Origin: Candidatus Omnitrophota bacterium
GTDB taxonomy: Bacteria > Omnitrophota > Gorgyraeia > Gygaellales > Profunditerraquicolaceae
NCBI GenBank assembly: GCA_016214325.1
Contig: JACROS010000005.1
Coordinates: forward strand, 1-40,175
Length of the DNA: 40,175 nucleotides
Direction: 5' to 3'
Shown here: piece by piece, positions 18,112-27,157 of the stretch
How the letters are laid out: the number at the start of each line of letters is the position of its first letter
Position numbering within the stretch: position 1 is the stretch's first letter
The notes under the pieces: generated by a model
What the model was told of the DNA's origin: nothing
Database searches by the model: none
What the model saw: the letters and a program-made list of their open reading frames with translations, nothing else
Translations under genes and position numbers: made by a program

Positions 18112-19647
18112 TCAACAAACATTACACTTACCCCTGTTCCTTCTTACGGCTCTGACAAAAGGAAGGACAAAATTATTCAGTGACAGATCAAACAACTTTC
18201 TAATCGAAGAAGGAGATTCTTTATAAATAGCATTATATAATGGATAAAGCAGAAACTTTTTATTAAAAATATCTTTCCCCGCCAAACTAAACCCAATAAA
18301 GATTCTTCTTAAAACATGTTTTAGAGAAGCATTTTCTTCCATAAACTTGTCGTGATAATTAAGGATAGTAAACTCATCTAAGCCAAATGGAACAAACATC
18401 GGCCTCTCTGTACTCCTGTAATCCTCCCACTTGTTTGACAAAATAATCCCTGTGTCCTTAGCAATATCATTGAATAACTTTGTGCCAACATAAGGAGTCA
18501 TACATTGAAAAACATACCTAAAAGGCCTTAATTGCCTAATCAGCCCAATTGATTGATCGATCGTTTCTTTGGTTTCATGTGGATGGCCTATAATCATTAA
18601 TGCCAATGTTGCTATGCCAACTTCGTGTGTCAGAGAAAAGGCATTTTTTATCTTATCAATCGTAATCTTTTTATTCGCTCGATCCAGAATCTGCTGATTT
18701 CCAGATTCTACTCCATAACAAATCTTCACACAGCCAGCTTTCTTCATTAAAAGCAATGTCTCTTTATTCACCTGATCAACCCGGGCTAAACATCTCCATT
18801 TGATATTAACTTTATCTTCAATCAGGCTCTGGCAAAATTGGTATAAAAAATCTTTTCTTAAAGTTAAGCCGTCATCAAGAAAAACAAAATACCGAATATT
18901 ATATGTATTTTTAAGCAGTTTTATTTCATTGATCACATTCTCTACTGACCTAAAGCGTATTTTTCGTTTCCAATAATCAGGGGAACTGCAAAATATACAT
19001 TCATATGGGCATCCGCGGGAAGCCATTACTTCAATCATGGAATTGCCAAAAATCCTCTCCCCCGAAAAATACTCCTTCATAGGCAGCAATTCCCTGGCAG
19101 GTAAAGGCAGGTCATTCAAATCTTCTATAAAACCCCTGTCCTCTGTTACAACAAGCTCATTATTCTGCAGAAAGGCCAGCCCTTTGATTTGCTGAAAATC
19201 TTTACTTTTATTCTCTATTGCCCTGATTAACTCAGAAAATGTCTTTTCTCCTTCTCCACGAATTATGAAATCAATAAAGCTTGGTTTTTGAGCCAACAAT
19301 TCCTTATAGCAGTATGTGGCATGAATCCCTCCCAAAACAACATTTAAATCAGGATTATCCTGTTTTAAATTCCTGGCAAGATTACATCCATTTGTTATTT
19401 GATGCGTCATGCCAGTAATCCCTACAATATTAAACCCTCCATTCGTAACATACTCGCTAATCTTATCATCAGCCACAAATGAAGCAGGCATATCAAGAAT
19501 ATCAATGTCATAACCATTCTTTTTCATATAAGCAGCCAAATAAGCCAAGCCAAAAGGAGGATGCTTATCCTCACTAATATCAATACCGCTACCGGGATAT
19601 GTTCTCGGGTTAATTAATAAAATCTTTATTCTCTTATTATTAATCAT
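18112..19647 (-). CDS. B12-binding-domain radical SAM enzyme (class B radical SAM, methyltransferase-like)
   Basis: 511 aa. The N-terminal IKILLINPR...PPFGLAYLAAYMKKNGYDIDILDM is a cobalamin-binding Rossmann-type domain. ASRGCPYECIFCSS is the CxxxCxxC cluster. Confidence 0.85.
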   Translation of the reverse strand: MINNKRIKILLINPRTYPGSGIDISEDKHPPFGLAYLAAYMKKNGYDIDILDMPASFVADDKISEYVTNGGFNIVGITGMTHQITNGCNLARNLKQDNPDLNVVLGGIHATYCYKELLAQKPSFIDFIIRGEGEKTFSELIRAIENKSKDFQQIKGLAFLQNNELVVTEDRGFIEDLNDLPLPARELLPMKEYFSGERIFGNSMIEVMASRGCPYECIFCSSPDYWKRKIRFRSVENVINEIKLLKNTYNIRYFVFLDDGLTLRKDFLYQFCQSLIEDKVNIKWRCLARVDQVNKETLLLMKKAGCVKICYGVESGNQQILDRANKKITIDKIKNAFSLTHEVGIATLALMIIGHPHETKETIDQSIGLIRQLRPFRYVFQCMTPYVGTKLFNDIAKDTGIILSNKWEDYRSTERPMFVPFGLDEFTILNYHDKFMEENASLKHVLRRIFIGFSLAGKDIFNKKFLLYPLYNAIYKESPSSIRKLFDLSLNNFVLPFVRAVRRNRGKCNVC

Positions 19648-19649
19648 AA

Positions 19650-20792
19650 CTAATTTGCCAGGTTTTTATAAACATTAAGCACTTCTCTTGCAGTATTCTG
19701 CCATGAAAATAATTCAGCCCGCTTAATTCCACTTCTTGATAACTCAGCTTTTAGCCCAGATGAATTAATTATCTGACTAATTTTATCTGCCAGCCCTTTT
19801 ATATCTTCGGGATCAAACAAAACAGCTGCATCTCCAATAACTTCAGGCAAAGAGCACCTATTTGAACATAAAACAGGACACCCACAGGACATTGCCTCTA
19901 AAGGAGGCAACCCGAACCCTTCAAATATAGAAGGAAAAACGAACAAAGAAGCCAAATTATATAATACAGCCAACTCAGAATCACTAACACTGTTTAAGAA
20001 AATAACTGAACCATTAGGCAATAGCTCCTTAGCTAATCCTTCTAAAGGTTCATACATCTTTGTATCAGGATTAATCGGCCGCCTGCCGACTATTACTAAC
20101 TTCAAATCTTTATAACGCTGATTAGCCAGTAGAATATTGAATGCTTTTATTAAGACTGTCAAATTCTTTCTAAAATCAAGCCCGCCAGCATATAAAACAA
20201 AAATATCCGGAAGCTCAAGATGATTTAGCAAAGATTTTGCTTCGTTCATATCCAGCGTCAATCTTCTAAACATCTCCTCTACCCCGTTATAAATTCTAAA
20301 GACTTTGTCCGAATTTACTCCAAGGACATCAATAATATCATTCTTTGAGAAATCTGAAACTGTCAATATAGCGTCTGAATTCTTTTTAATACACTTTAAC
20401 TCTCTAAGATAACGGTTAAAATCATTCTTATTTCTAAAAAACTTTTCAGGGAAATGATACGGGGCTAAATCATGCACAGTAACAACTGTCTTAGAGTATT
20501 TAGAACGCCAAATATCAGAATTAGGAAAATGAAATAAATCCAAATCCTTATAAAAATATTTTCCAATACAACCTAAGCCCGGACGCCTGATAAACCGGAA
20601 TCTTTTAGCCAAAGGCTCAATAGAAAAATTGGGCCCAAGCCCGAAATCCTTCACTAGCGAAGCATTATCAGAGAAAAGGACAAACTCATCCTCTTTGTCT
20701 ATCTGGCTAAACGCCTTAATTAAACTGCAAGTATACCTATCAATACCTCGGCCTTGCGAATTTATTCTTGTTGCCTCAATGCCAATTCTCAA
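19650..20792 (-). CDS. GT4-family glycosyltransferase
   Basis: 380 aa. FPSIFEGFGLPPLEAMSCGCPVLCSNRCSLPEVIGDAAVLFDP is an E-x7-E motif. The TTG start overlaps the upstream stop as TTGA. Confidence 0.85.
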   Translation of the reverse strand: MRIGIEATRINSQGRGIDRYTCSLIKAFSQIDKEDEFVLFSDNASLVKDFGLGPNFSIEPLAKRFRFIRRPGLGCIGKYFYKDLDLFHFPNSDIWRSKYSKTVVTVHDLAPYHFPEKFFRNKNDFNRYLRELKCIKKNSDAILTVSDFSKNDIIDVLGVNSDKVFRIYNGVEEMFRRLTLDMNEAKSLLNHLELPDIFVLYAGGLDFRKNLTVLIKAFNILLANQRYKDLKLVIVGRRPINPDTKMYEPLEGLAKELLPNGSVIFLNSVSDSELAVLYNLASLFVFPSIFEGFGLPPLEAMSCGCPVLCSNRCSLPEVIGDAAVLFDPEDIKGLADKISQIINSSGLKAELSRSGIKRAELFSWQNTAREVLNVYKNLAN

Positions 20793-21721
20793 TCAGCTAC
20801 CTCTCTATTACTGAATGTCCTTTGATTATAAAATCTTCCTGCAAAAAAATCATAAACCCCTAACAATGAAGCATAAAAAAGCCTGAATTTCTTTGCACGA
20901 ATAAAACCAACTATATTGCTTCTGACAAACTCAATAAAGAAATTAACCAAGAATATTAAGAAAGTTCTTTTAGAGAAGTTCTTCCACATAAAAAGAAGCC
21001 GGTTTCTTGTGCGGTAATAATAAAAGCCGGCAGACTCTCTGCCTAAAGAAGACGAAGCCTTATGCCAGACTTTTGCACAAGGCGCAAAAACTATCTTTAG
21101 CCCATGCTTCTTTAATCGCCAGCACCAATCAGGATCTTCATAATAAATAAAAAACCTCTCGTCTAATTTACCGACGAGCTCAATAACCTTTCTTTTTATA
21201 AAAGTAAACCCGCCAGGAATACTATCAACATCCCTGCTGCCAGAATCATACTGACCAGAATCAATTTCATTCTGCCCTGAATCATAGAAACAGCCTCTTT
21301 TAACGTCTAGCTTGGCCCCTCCGGCGATCCAGAATTTATTTGGTTCGCTAAAATAATACACTTTCATGCCCACAAGCCCTGTATCAAGTTTACTTTCAGC
21401 TACTTTAACAAGCTCTATTAAGATATCCTTGTCAACAACAGTATCATTGTCTAAAAAGAAAAGGTATTCTGCATCAGAATTTCTCAAATAATAATCTATG
21501 CCCGCATTCCTGCCGCCGGCGCAACCCAAATTATCCTTTGCCTCAATAATATTCAATGCTGGCATCTTCCTGTCCCACTCAACAGGAAATAATCCTTGTG
21601 ATTCATTATTCACAAGGATTATTTCAAAATTATCATAGTTTACCTTTTTCAATGAATCCAGGCACTCTAAAGTCAACTCATCCTGCTTGTGGTTCAGAAT
21701 TAATATGGCAATCTTCTTCAT
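20789..21721 (-). CDS. GT2-family glycosyltransferase (rhamnosyltransferase-like)
   Basis: 310 aa. The ILILNHKQDELTLECLDSLKKVNYDNFEIILVNNES, FLDNDTVV (DxD) and YYEDPDWCWRLKKHG blocks are typical of GT2. Confidence 0.85.
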   Translation of the reverse strand: MKKIAILILNHKQDELTLECLDSLKKVNYDNFEIILVNNESQGLFPVEWDRKMPALNIIEAKDNLGCAGGRNAGIDYYLRNSDAEYLFFLDNDTVVDKDILIELVKVAESKLDTGLVGMKVYYFSEPNKFWIAGGAKLDVKRGCFYDSGQNEIDSGQYDSGSRDVDSIPGGFTFIKRKVIELVGKLDERFFIYYEDPDWCWRLKKHGLKIVFAPCAKVWHKASSSLGRESAGFYYYRTRNRLLFMWKNFSKRTFLIFLVNFFIEFVRSNIVGFIRAKKFRLFYASLLGVYDFFAGRFYNQRTFSNREVAD

Positions 21722-21747
21722 GTTTAAAGAAAATAAAACAGGCTAGC

Positions 21748-23004
21748 TTAAACTACCTCCCATTTGTAAGGAAAAGATGTCATTCCTGGACGGCCGTCAA
21801 ATTGCCTGCCGCTTAAGAAACTATTTCCGATTTCAAAAGAAAGTATATGCTCTGACCAATCATAAATCACCTTCAAAGGGCCAAAGATGCCGACAGAAAT
21901 AGTATATCTTCCCGGCATAAGAAAATTAGGATCAATAATCAACGCGCATTTAATGCGGCTACCCTGATTGCCTTTTATTTTCTCGGCATTATCATAATAA
22001 AAAGAAGTCAAAACAGTATCGCCAAAACTGTTATAAATAAAAACCCAAGGGATAATAGTTAAATCCTGATGAAAAGATTCAATATCAATTACCACCCTCA
22101 AAGGTTCCCATATATCAAATTGCCTGGATGATTTCCCGTCTAAGGCTTCTATGGATGCAGAAATAACTGAAGCTGAGCTTGTTTTAACGCGCTTCTTATC
22201 ACTAGCAATCAAACCAGAATTATTTATATTCTCTTGGGTTAAAACATTTTTCATGTATTTACCGATTATCTCTCCAGAATTGCCTATAGCCTCTACTCTT
22301 CCCTTCTCAAGGAATATCGCCTTCTCACACAGATATCTGACCAGCCCCATATTATGGCTGACAAAAATTACTGTACGCCCAAGCTTAGCCATATCATCCA
22401 TCTTTCCTAAGCATTTTTTTTGAAATGCCAAATCGCCAACAGCCAAAACTTCATCAACCAGCAAAATCTCTGTTTCTAAATAAGCTGCTACGGCAAAAGT
22501 CAGGCGGACATACATACCGCTGGAATAGCGTTTAACCGGTGTATCAATAAATTTAGAAATCTCTGTAAAAGCAATTATTTCATCGAGCTTGCGGTCAATC
22601 TCTCGCTTAGACATGCCTAACACAGCCCCATTCATATAAATATTTTCTCTTCCAGTAAGCTCAGGATGAAAACCAGTGCCCACCTCAAGAAGACTGCCTA
22701 TCCTGCCACAAATCTCAACCCTGCCTTTTGTCGGCTCGGTAATACGAGAAAGAATTTTTAGAAGCGTTGATTTACCGGCGCCATTTCTTCCGATTATTCC
22801 CACGACTTCAGACCTTTTTAATTCAAAGCTTACATCCTTTAATGCCCAGACAAGATTATCCTGAGCCGGATTCTTCTTTTTTTGTTTCCTTAATAAACCG
22901 CTGAAAGAATCACTCAATAAATCACGCAGGGTATCATGGCGCATCGTCTCGCCTATCCTGTAAGATTTTGATATTCTATCAACCTTTATAATAGCTTCAC
23001 TCAT
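21748..23004 (-). CDS. wzt: ABC transporter ATP-binding protein Wzt/TagH type with C-terminal glycan-binding domain
   Basis: 418 aa. GIIGRNGAGKSTLLKIL is Walker A, YSSGMYVRLTFA the signature motif and LLVDEVLAVGD Walker B. About 165 further beta-rich residues (…RVVIDIESFHQD…YTISVGIF…) lie where Wzt_C carbohydrate-binding modules sit. ATGA overlap with wzm. Confidence 0.9.
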   Translation of the reverse strand: MSEAIIKVDRISKSYRIGETMRHDTLRDLLSDSFSGLLRKQKKKNPAQDNLVWALKDVSFELKRSEVVGIIGRNGAGKSTLLKILSRITEPTKGRVEICGRIGSLLEVGTGFHPELTGRENIYMNGAVLGMSKREIDRKLDEIIAFTEISKFIDTPVKRYSSGMYVRLTFAVAAYLETEILLVDEVLAVGDLAFQKKCLGKMDDMAKLGRTVIFVSHNMGLVRYLCEKAIFLEKGRVEAIGNSGEIIGKYMKNVLTQENINNSGLIASDKKRVKTSSASVISASIEALDGKSSRQFDIWEPLRVVIDIESFHQDLTIIPWVFIYNSFGDTVLTSFYYDNAEKIKGNQGSRIKCALIIDPNFLMPGRYTISVGIFGPLKVIYDWSEHILSFEIGNSFLSGRQFDGRPGMTSFPYKWEVV

Positions 23005-23834
23005 ATAATATCTGCAAACGTCCTTTCTAAACGTTTAAAGTAGAACAAGCCGGAAACAAAAATAATGACAGAAATTAAAGCCTGTAAAACCAGCCAATTC
23101 CAGCTAAAAGTTATCCCCAAAAAGGCCCAACGCAATCCATCAATTGCTCCAGTAACCGGATTTAAATAATACAACCAGAGATATTTTTGAGGAATAGCGG
23201 ATTTAAGATAAGCAACTGGAGTTAAGAAAAAAAGTATTTGAATAAAATAGGGCAAGATCTTTCCTACATCACGGAATCTTACACTAATAGCAGCTGCCCA
23301 TAACCCAACACCGCTTGATACCAAAGTAATTAAAACTATAAAAATTGGCAAGAAAATGATAGGCAAGGATAATGGAACCCTGAGATAAAACATCATTAAA
23401 ATAAGCAGTATAGCCGCAATCACAAAATCTAAAAGCGCCCTTAAAACCACAGATAATGGAACAATTAAGCGCGGGAAATATATCTTTGAAATTAAATTTG
23501 TGTTTGTTAACATTGCATTGCCTGCTCCATTGACAATCTCAGAGAAATAACTCCAGGCAATGGTTCCGCTTAAAGTTATTAATACATACGGAACTCCGGA
23601 AGAAGGGAATTTCGCAATAACACCGAAAACGAATGCCCAGACAAACATCTGCATAAGAGGATTAATTAACGCCCAAGAAACTCCCAAGAAAGTCTGCTTA
23701 TAGCGAACCTTAATATCCCTTAAAGCAAGAAAATAAAACAGTTCTCTATACTGCCATAATTCATACAGTTTTAGACAAGCCCATCCTTTTGTAGGCTCAA
23801 TTACTATTTTCTTTAATGCATCAGTCTTTCTCAT
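23001..23834 (-). CDS. wzm: ABC-2-type polysaccharide export permease Wzm/TagG type
   Basis: 277 aa. The RELFYFLALRDIKVRYKQTFLGVSWALINPL signature is followed by six hydrophobic segments. The gene lies immediately upstream of, and is coupled to, wzt. Confidence 0.85.
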   Translation of the reverse strand: MRKTDALKKIVIEPTKGWACLKLYELWQYRELFYFLALRDIKVRYKQTFLGVSWALINPLMQMFVWAFVFGVIAKFPSSGVPYVLITLSGTIAWSYFSEIVNGAGNAMLTNTNLISKIYFPRLIVPLSVVLRALLDFVIAAILLILMMFYLRVPLSLPIIFLPIFIVLITLVSSGVGLWAAAISVRFRDVGKILPYFIQILFFLTPVAYLKSAIPQKYLWLYYLNPVTGAIDGLRWAFLGITFSWNWLVLQALISVIIFVSGLFYFKRLERTFADII

Positions 23835-23843
23835 TGTTATTTT

Positions 23844-24431
23844 TTAAGTATCTACCTGTGTATTCGCCTGCAATCTGGATTTGATCACCCTCGCAGGAGA
23901 CCCAACTGCAATGGAGTAAGCAGGTATATCTTTATTTACAAAGCTGTTTGCGCCAATCACGCTTCCTTTTCCAATTCTAACGTTTCCTGCGATAACTACA
24001 TGTGCTCCCAGCCAGCAGTCATCCTCTATTATTACCCCGCCATCTCCGGTAAGCGACTGCTTAATCATTGGCTGAGTTGTATCTAAAATACTATGCTGCT
24101 GGGAAGTAATTACACAATACGGCCCCAGCATTACATTCTTTCCTAGGCTGATCTGGGCTTTTCCTGTAGCAAAAATCATGCACCCAATATTTATCCATGA
24201 ACCTTCCCCGATGGAAATTAATTCCCAACCTTTAATTATCACGCCTGTGTGCGTATAAAACTTTCCACAATCTTTAAGGCGATTCTTATAAAATCTCCAC
24301 CTAAATTCAGGGAAAACACCTTCTCCAGGAAGGCTCCTGATAAAATGCAGCCACCAAGAAAACCTATTCTCCTTGTTAAACACTGAAAAATATAGCCCGA
24401 TGTTTTTTAATACACTCTTGATTTTCTTCAT
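23844..24431 (-). CDS. hexapeptide-repeat (LbH) sugar O-acetyltransferase
   Basis: 195 aa. Hexapeptide repeats (IGEGSWINIGCMIF..., IEDDCWLGAHVVIAGNVRIGKGSVIGANSFV) end in IPAYSIAVGSPARVI, as in maltose/WcaF-type acetyltransferases. Confidence 0.75.
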   Translation of the reverse strand: MKKIKSVLKNIGLYFSVFNKENRFSWWLHFIRSLPGEGVFPEFRWRFYKNRLKDCGKFYTHTGVIIKGWELISIGEGSWINIGCMIFATGKAQISLGKNVMLGPYCVITSQQHSILDTTQPMIKQSLTGDGGVIIEDDCWLGAHVVIAGNVRIGKGSVIGANSFVNKDIPAYSIAVGSPARVIKSRLQANTQVDT

Positions 24432-25957
24432 GCAAGATCAGCTTGTTGTTGCTTTGCGCGTTTTATTACCTGCCTGTTCCAATAATCATTTAAATAACTA
24501 TTTACTTCTGAAGAATTAATTGCTTCTGCCTGGGATATATATTCTTGTGCCTTTTTAACATCATTACAAACATAATGACATAAACCAAGCCCAAGATAGG
24601 GCCAAAAACTCTTTGCGTCTATTGACATTGCTTCTAGAAAATAATCTTTAGCCTTATTAATTCTACCGATAGAATCATACCTCCAAGTAGAAAATCTCAA
24701 CATCCACAAACCAGTATAATTGTATGCCTTAGACAAATTTGCATGGCAAAGATCACATAGCGTCTTTACATCATCCTCTGAAATCAAACGCAGCTTCTTT
24801 TTTTCCTTGAATATTTCTAGAATCTTCGCGGAAATCAATTGCGAAATAAGAAGATACCCGTTAATATTCGGATGATTACCGTCAATCATCAAATCATAAC
24901 CAACAATACCAAAAGCAGAATTTTTCCTTAAATACTCCTCAGAATCAACGACGAAAACAAACTCTTTATTTGGTAGGCTTTTTAAGAAATAATTCTGACC
25001 GGAAACTGCTCTTACCGGCATTGCATCTAAATCAATTGCCTTTCTATACTCCTCTAAAGCAGCAGTAGCGTTGTTCTGCCTCTGGTAACATTTTCCAAGC
25101 TGATAATGTGCTTCCGCAAAATCTTCAGACAATGAAATTGCCTTAAGGTATAATTCTGCCGCTAGATCAAAATGCTCTAAATCAAATTCTCCCTTAGCCT
25201 GCTCCATCAAGCTCTTCAACATTTTCTTATTGGCCTGGCCTGCGGAAGAAACCGACCGGTTTGGTTCAAAATCAGAAAAATTTGCTGCCAAAGTTGAGAA
25301 AATACCTGCAACCTTATGTTTACGCAACAAGCTCCCAGCGCTTTTTACCCCTAATTTATACCTTGAAATTACATCTCTATATTTCTTTTGCTCAAACAAG
25401 GGCCGGTCAAAAAGATTTCTTTCTTCAAGCTCAAACCTGCGAATCTTTGAATTTGGTATCAACCGGTTAATTATTTTCCTAGCTAAATAAGAATGCTCGT
25501 ATAGAACCGCAAGAAAGCTGCTGCTGATAATATCTCTGGCATATTCCCTTGTGTACTTTAAGTACTCATTATGCCCACCATAAAAAACACACAAATTCGG
25601 ATAAAAGCACTTTTTCTTCTTCAGGATTATCCTTAACCTTGTCAGGTTATAATTAAAGTCTGCCGCACATTTCCCAAGATTTACATAACAAATACCGCGA
25701 TTAAGCATTGATTCATTCAGCATAAAACTGACTAATTTCGGAATAGAAAGAGCCGGGTCATACGGCACCCCAACCATTGTTGATGAACCAAAATAATAAA
25801 TATTAAAAGTACTCTTAGAAACTCCGCTTTTATCCGATAATTCTTTTATTTCCTTCTCCAACAACCAATCTTGCCTCTTTCTTAAGAAGAATTCAATAAT
25901 CATTATTTCTACAAGAAAAAGAATCAAGATTACGATAACAAGATAATTATTAAGCAT
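24428..25957 (-). CDS. membrane-anchored SGNH/GDSL-like domain protein with embedded TPR repeats
   Basis: 509 aa with an N-terminal TM segment. NIYYFGSSTMVG is block I-like, VFYGGHNEY block III-like and LMIDGNHPNINGY is a DxxH block V. TPR-like pairs lie between and after these blocks (AAELYLKAISLSEDFAEAHYQLGKCYQRQNNATAALEEYRKAIDLD; YFLEAMSIDAKSFWPYLGLGLCHYVCNDVKKAQEYISQA). Confidence 0.5.
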   Translation of the reverse strand: MLNNYLVIVILILFLVEIMIIEFFLRKRQDWLLEKEIKELSDKSGVSKSTFNIYYFGSSTMVGVPYDPALSIPKLVSFMLNESMLNRGICYVNLGKCAADFNYNLTRLRIILKKKKCFYPNLCVFYGGHNEYLKYTREYARDIISSSFLAVLYEHSYLARKIINRLIPNSKIRRFELEERNLFDRPLFEQKKYRDVISRYKLGVKSAGSLLRKHKVAGIFSTLAANFSDFEPNRSVSSAGQANKKMLKSLMEQAKGEFDLEHFDLAAELYLKAISLSEDFAEAHYQLGKCYQRQNNATAALEEYRKAIDLDAMPVRAVSGQNYFLKSLPNKEFVFVVDSEEYLRKNSAFGIVGYDLMIDGNHPNINGYLLISQLISAKILEIFKEKKKLRLISEDDVKTLCDLCHANLSKAYNYTGLWMLRFSTWRYDSIGRINKAKDYFLEAMSIDAKSFWPYLGLGLCHYVCNDVKKAQEYISQAEAINSSEVNSYLNDYWNRQVIKRAKQQQADLA

Positions 25958-25992
25958 TTTTAAACAATATTCAACTTCATAGGCTCTAATTG

Positions 25993-27102
25993 TTATTTCT
26001 TTTTTGCGATAACAACAAAAAATCCGCCGTTTTTACTGCCTCCTGTTGACATGGCTACTTCAGACAACAAAATCTCTAAAACGTGGCCTGGTGCTTCTGA
26101 TAAAAAAACGTTCTTAGAAACATCTGGGCTTCCAAAAAGCTTAAATCTTGGATAGCTTTTTACAAAAGAAAACCCATAATCATTCAACCAACCAAAAACT
26201 TCCCTGAGAGTATGCTTTGATTCCCTTGGGTGCTTATATTGATCGTAAAGCCAAATCTTTTTCTTTAAAGGGCTGATTCTCTTATCACCAAGAATCGGAT
26301 CCAATGAATAAAAGCGCTCACCGGTAAGCTTAAAAATAACCTGCCTAAAATTAGTTATAAGCCTGCCGTATTTATGATACAGACCTATGAGAATATAACC
26401 TCCTGGTTTCACCAGTCTTGATATTGCTCTAAAACCAGCCTTTGGATCTACAGTATGATGTAGGACACCCTTAGAAATAACTAAATCAAAGGTATTTTCT
26501 TTAAAAGCCGGATAAAACAAATTCATTTGCAAAAAATGTGCGCCAGCAATTCCAGCTCTCTCTTTAAATTTTTGACCCAACTTCAAAGAATTTATACAAA
26601 TATCTGTTCCAATTACGCTCCTTCCTCTTAAAGAAAGAAAATTTGTCAACTGTCCAGTTCCACAGCCACATTCAATAATCTTGGCCTCAAGAGGCACTGA
26701 AGCGTCTAATAATCTTTCAAACGGCCCTTCATTAAAACGCCCTGCTAAGCTATGCCCGTCAATTAAATTATCATAATTTGGGAAAGGATTTTCTTCATAG
26801 AATGATTTAACTGTATCTGTAACTATACCACCAGTATTCCTATCTTCTTTTTTATAAAATAATGAAGGAATGCTATCAAAAGAGGCATAAACATTATTAC
26901 AGGAATGACAGATAAACACATTATCCTTAAATGTTATATCTTTTTGGCATTTAGGACAACATAATAAATCAACATTTTCTTGAAAGAACCTGGAATTTTC
27001 CACGATCATGCCATTTTTAGAGTTACCATAAAGTATAAATGTTGTCTTTAAGTTCGCTTTCTTCAACCTTATCTTTTCTTGAAAGAAAATAACAGACGAC
27101 AA
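25993..27102 (-). CDS. class I SAM-dependent methyltransferase with N-terminal Trm112-like zinc ribbon
   Basis: CCPKCQ...x12...CHSCNNVY ribbon, IIECGCGTGQLTNFL motif I and FDLVISKGVLHHTVDP. The 27102 start is a TTG. The first ATG in frame is at 27009 (MIVENSRFF...), which is more plausible if the small ORF at 27023-27157 is real. Confidence 0.8.
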   Translation of the reverse strand: MSSVIFFQEKIRLKKANLKTTFILYGNSKNGMIVENSRFFQENVDLLCCPKCQKDITFKDNVFICHSCNNVYASFDSIPSLFYKKEDRNTGGIVTDTVKSFYEENPFPNYDNLIDGHSLAGRFNEGPFERLLDASVPLEAKIIECGCGTGQLTNFLSLRGRSVIGTDICINSLKLGQKFKERAGIAGAHFLQMNLFYPAFKENTFDLVISKGVLHHTVDPKAGFRAISRLVKPGGYILIGLYHKYGRLITNFRQVIFKLTGERFYSLDPILGDKRISPLKKKIWLYDQYKHPRESKHTLREVFGWLNDYGFSFVKSYPRFKLFGSPDVSKNVFLSEAPGHVLEILLSEVAMSTGGSKNGGFFVVIAKKK

Positions 27103-27157
27103 GGCTGCTGATTAACAACAATCCCAAAATTACAATTAACAAAACCCATCCAGACAT
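27023..27157 (-). CDS. candidate 44-aa single-pass membrane peptide (or displaced N-terminus of the downstream methyltransferase)
   Basis: Hand-translated: MSGWVLLIVILGLLLISSLVVCYFLSRKDKVEESELKDNIYTLW*. The ATG at 27157 is preceded by GGCGGGAGGAGCTATTTT, the strongest SD in the window. It sits in the only sizeable intergenic gap and is too short for the ORF track. Confidence 0.4.
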   Translation of the reverse strand: MSGWVLLIVILGLLLISSLVVCYFLSRKDKVEESELKDNIYTLW

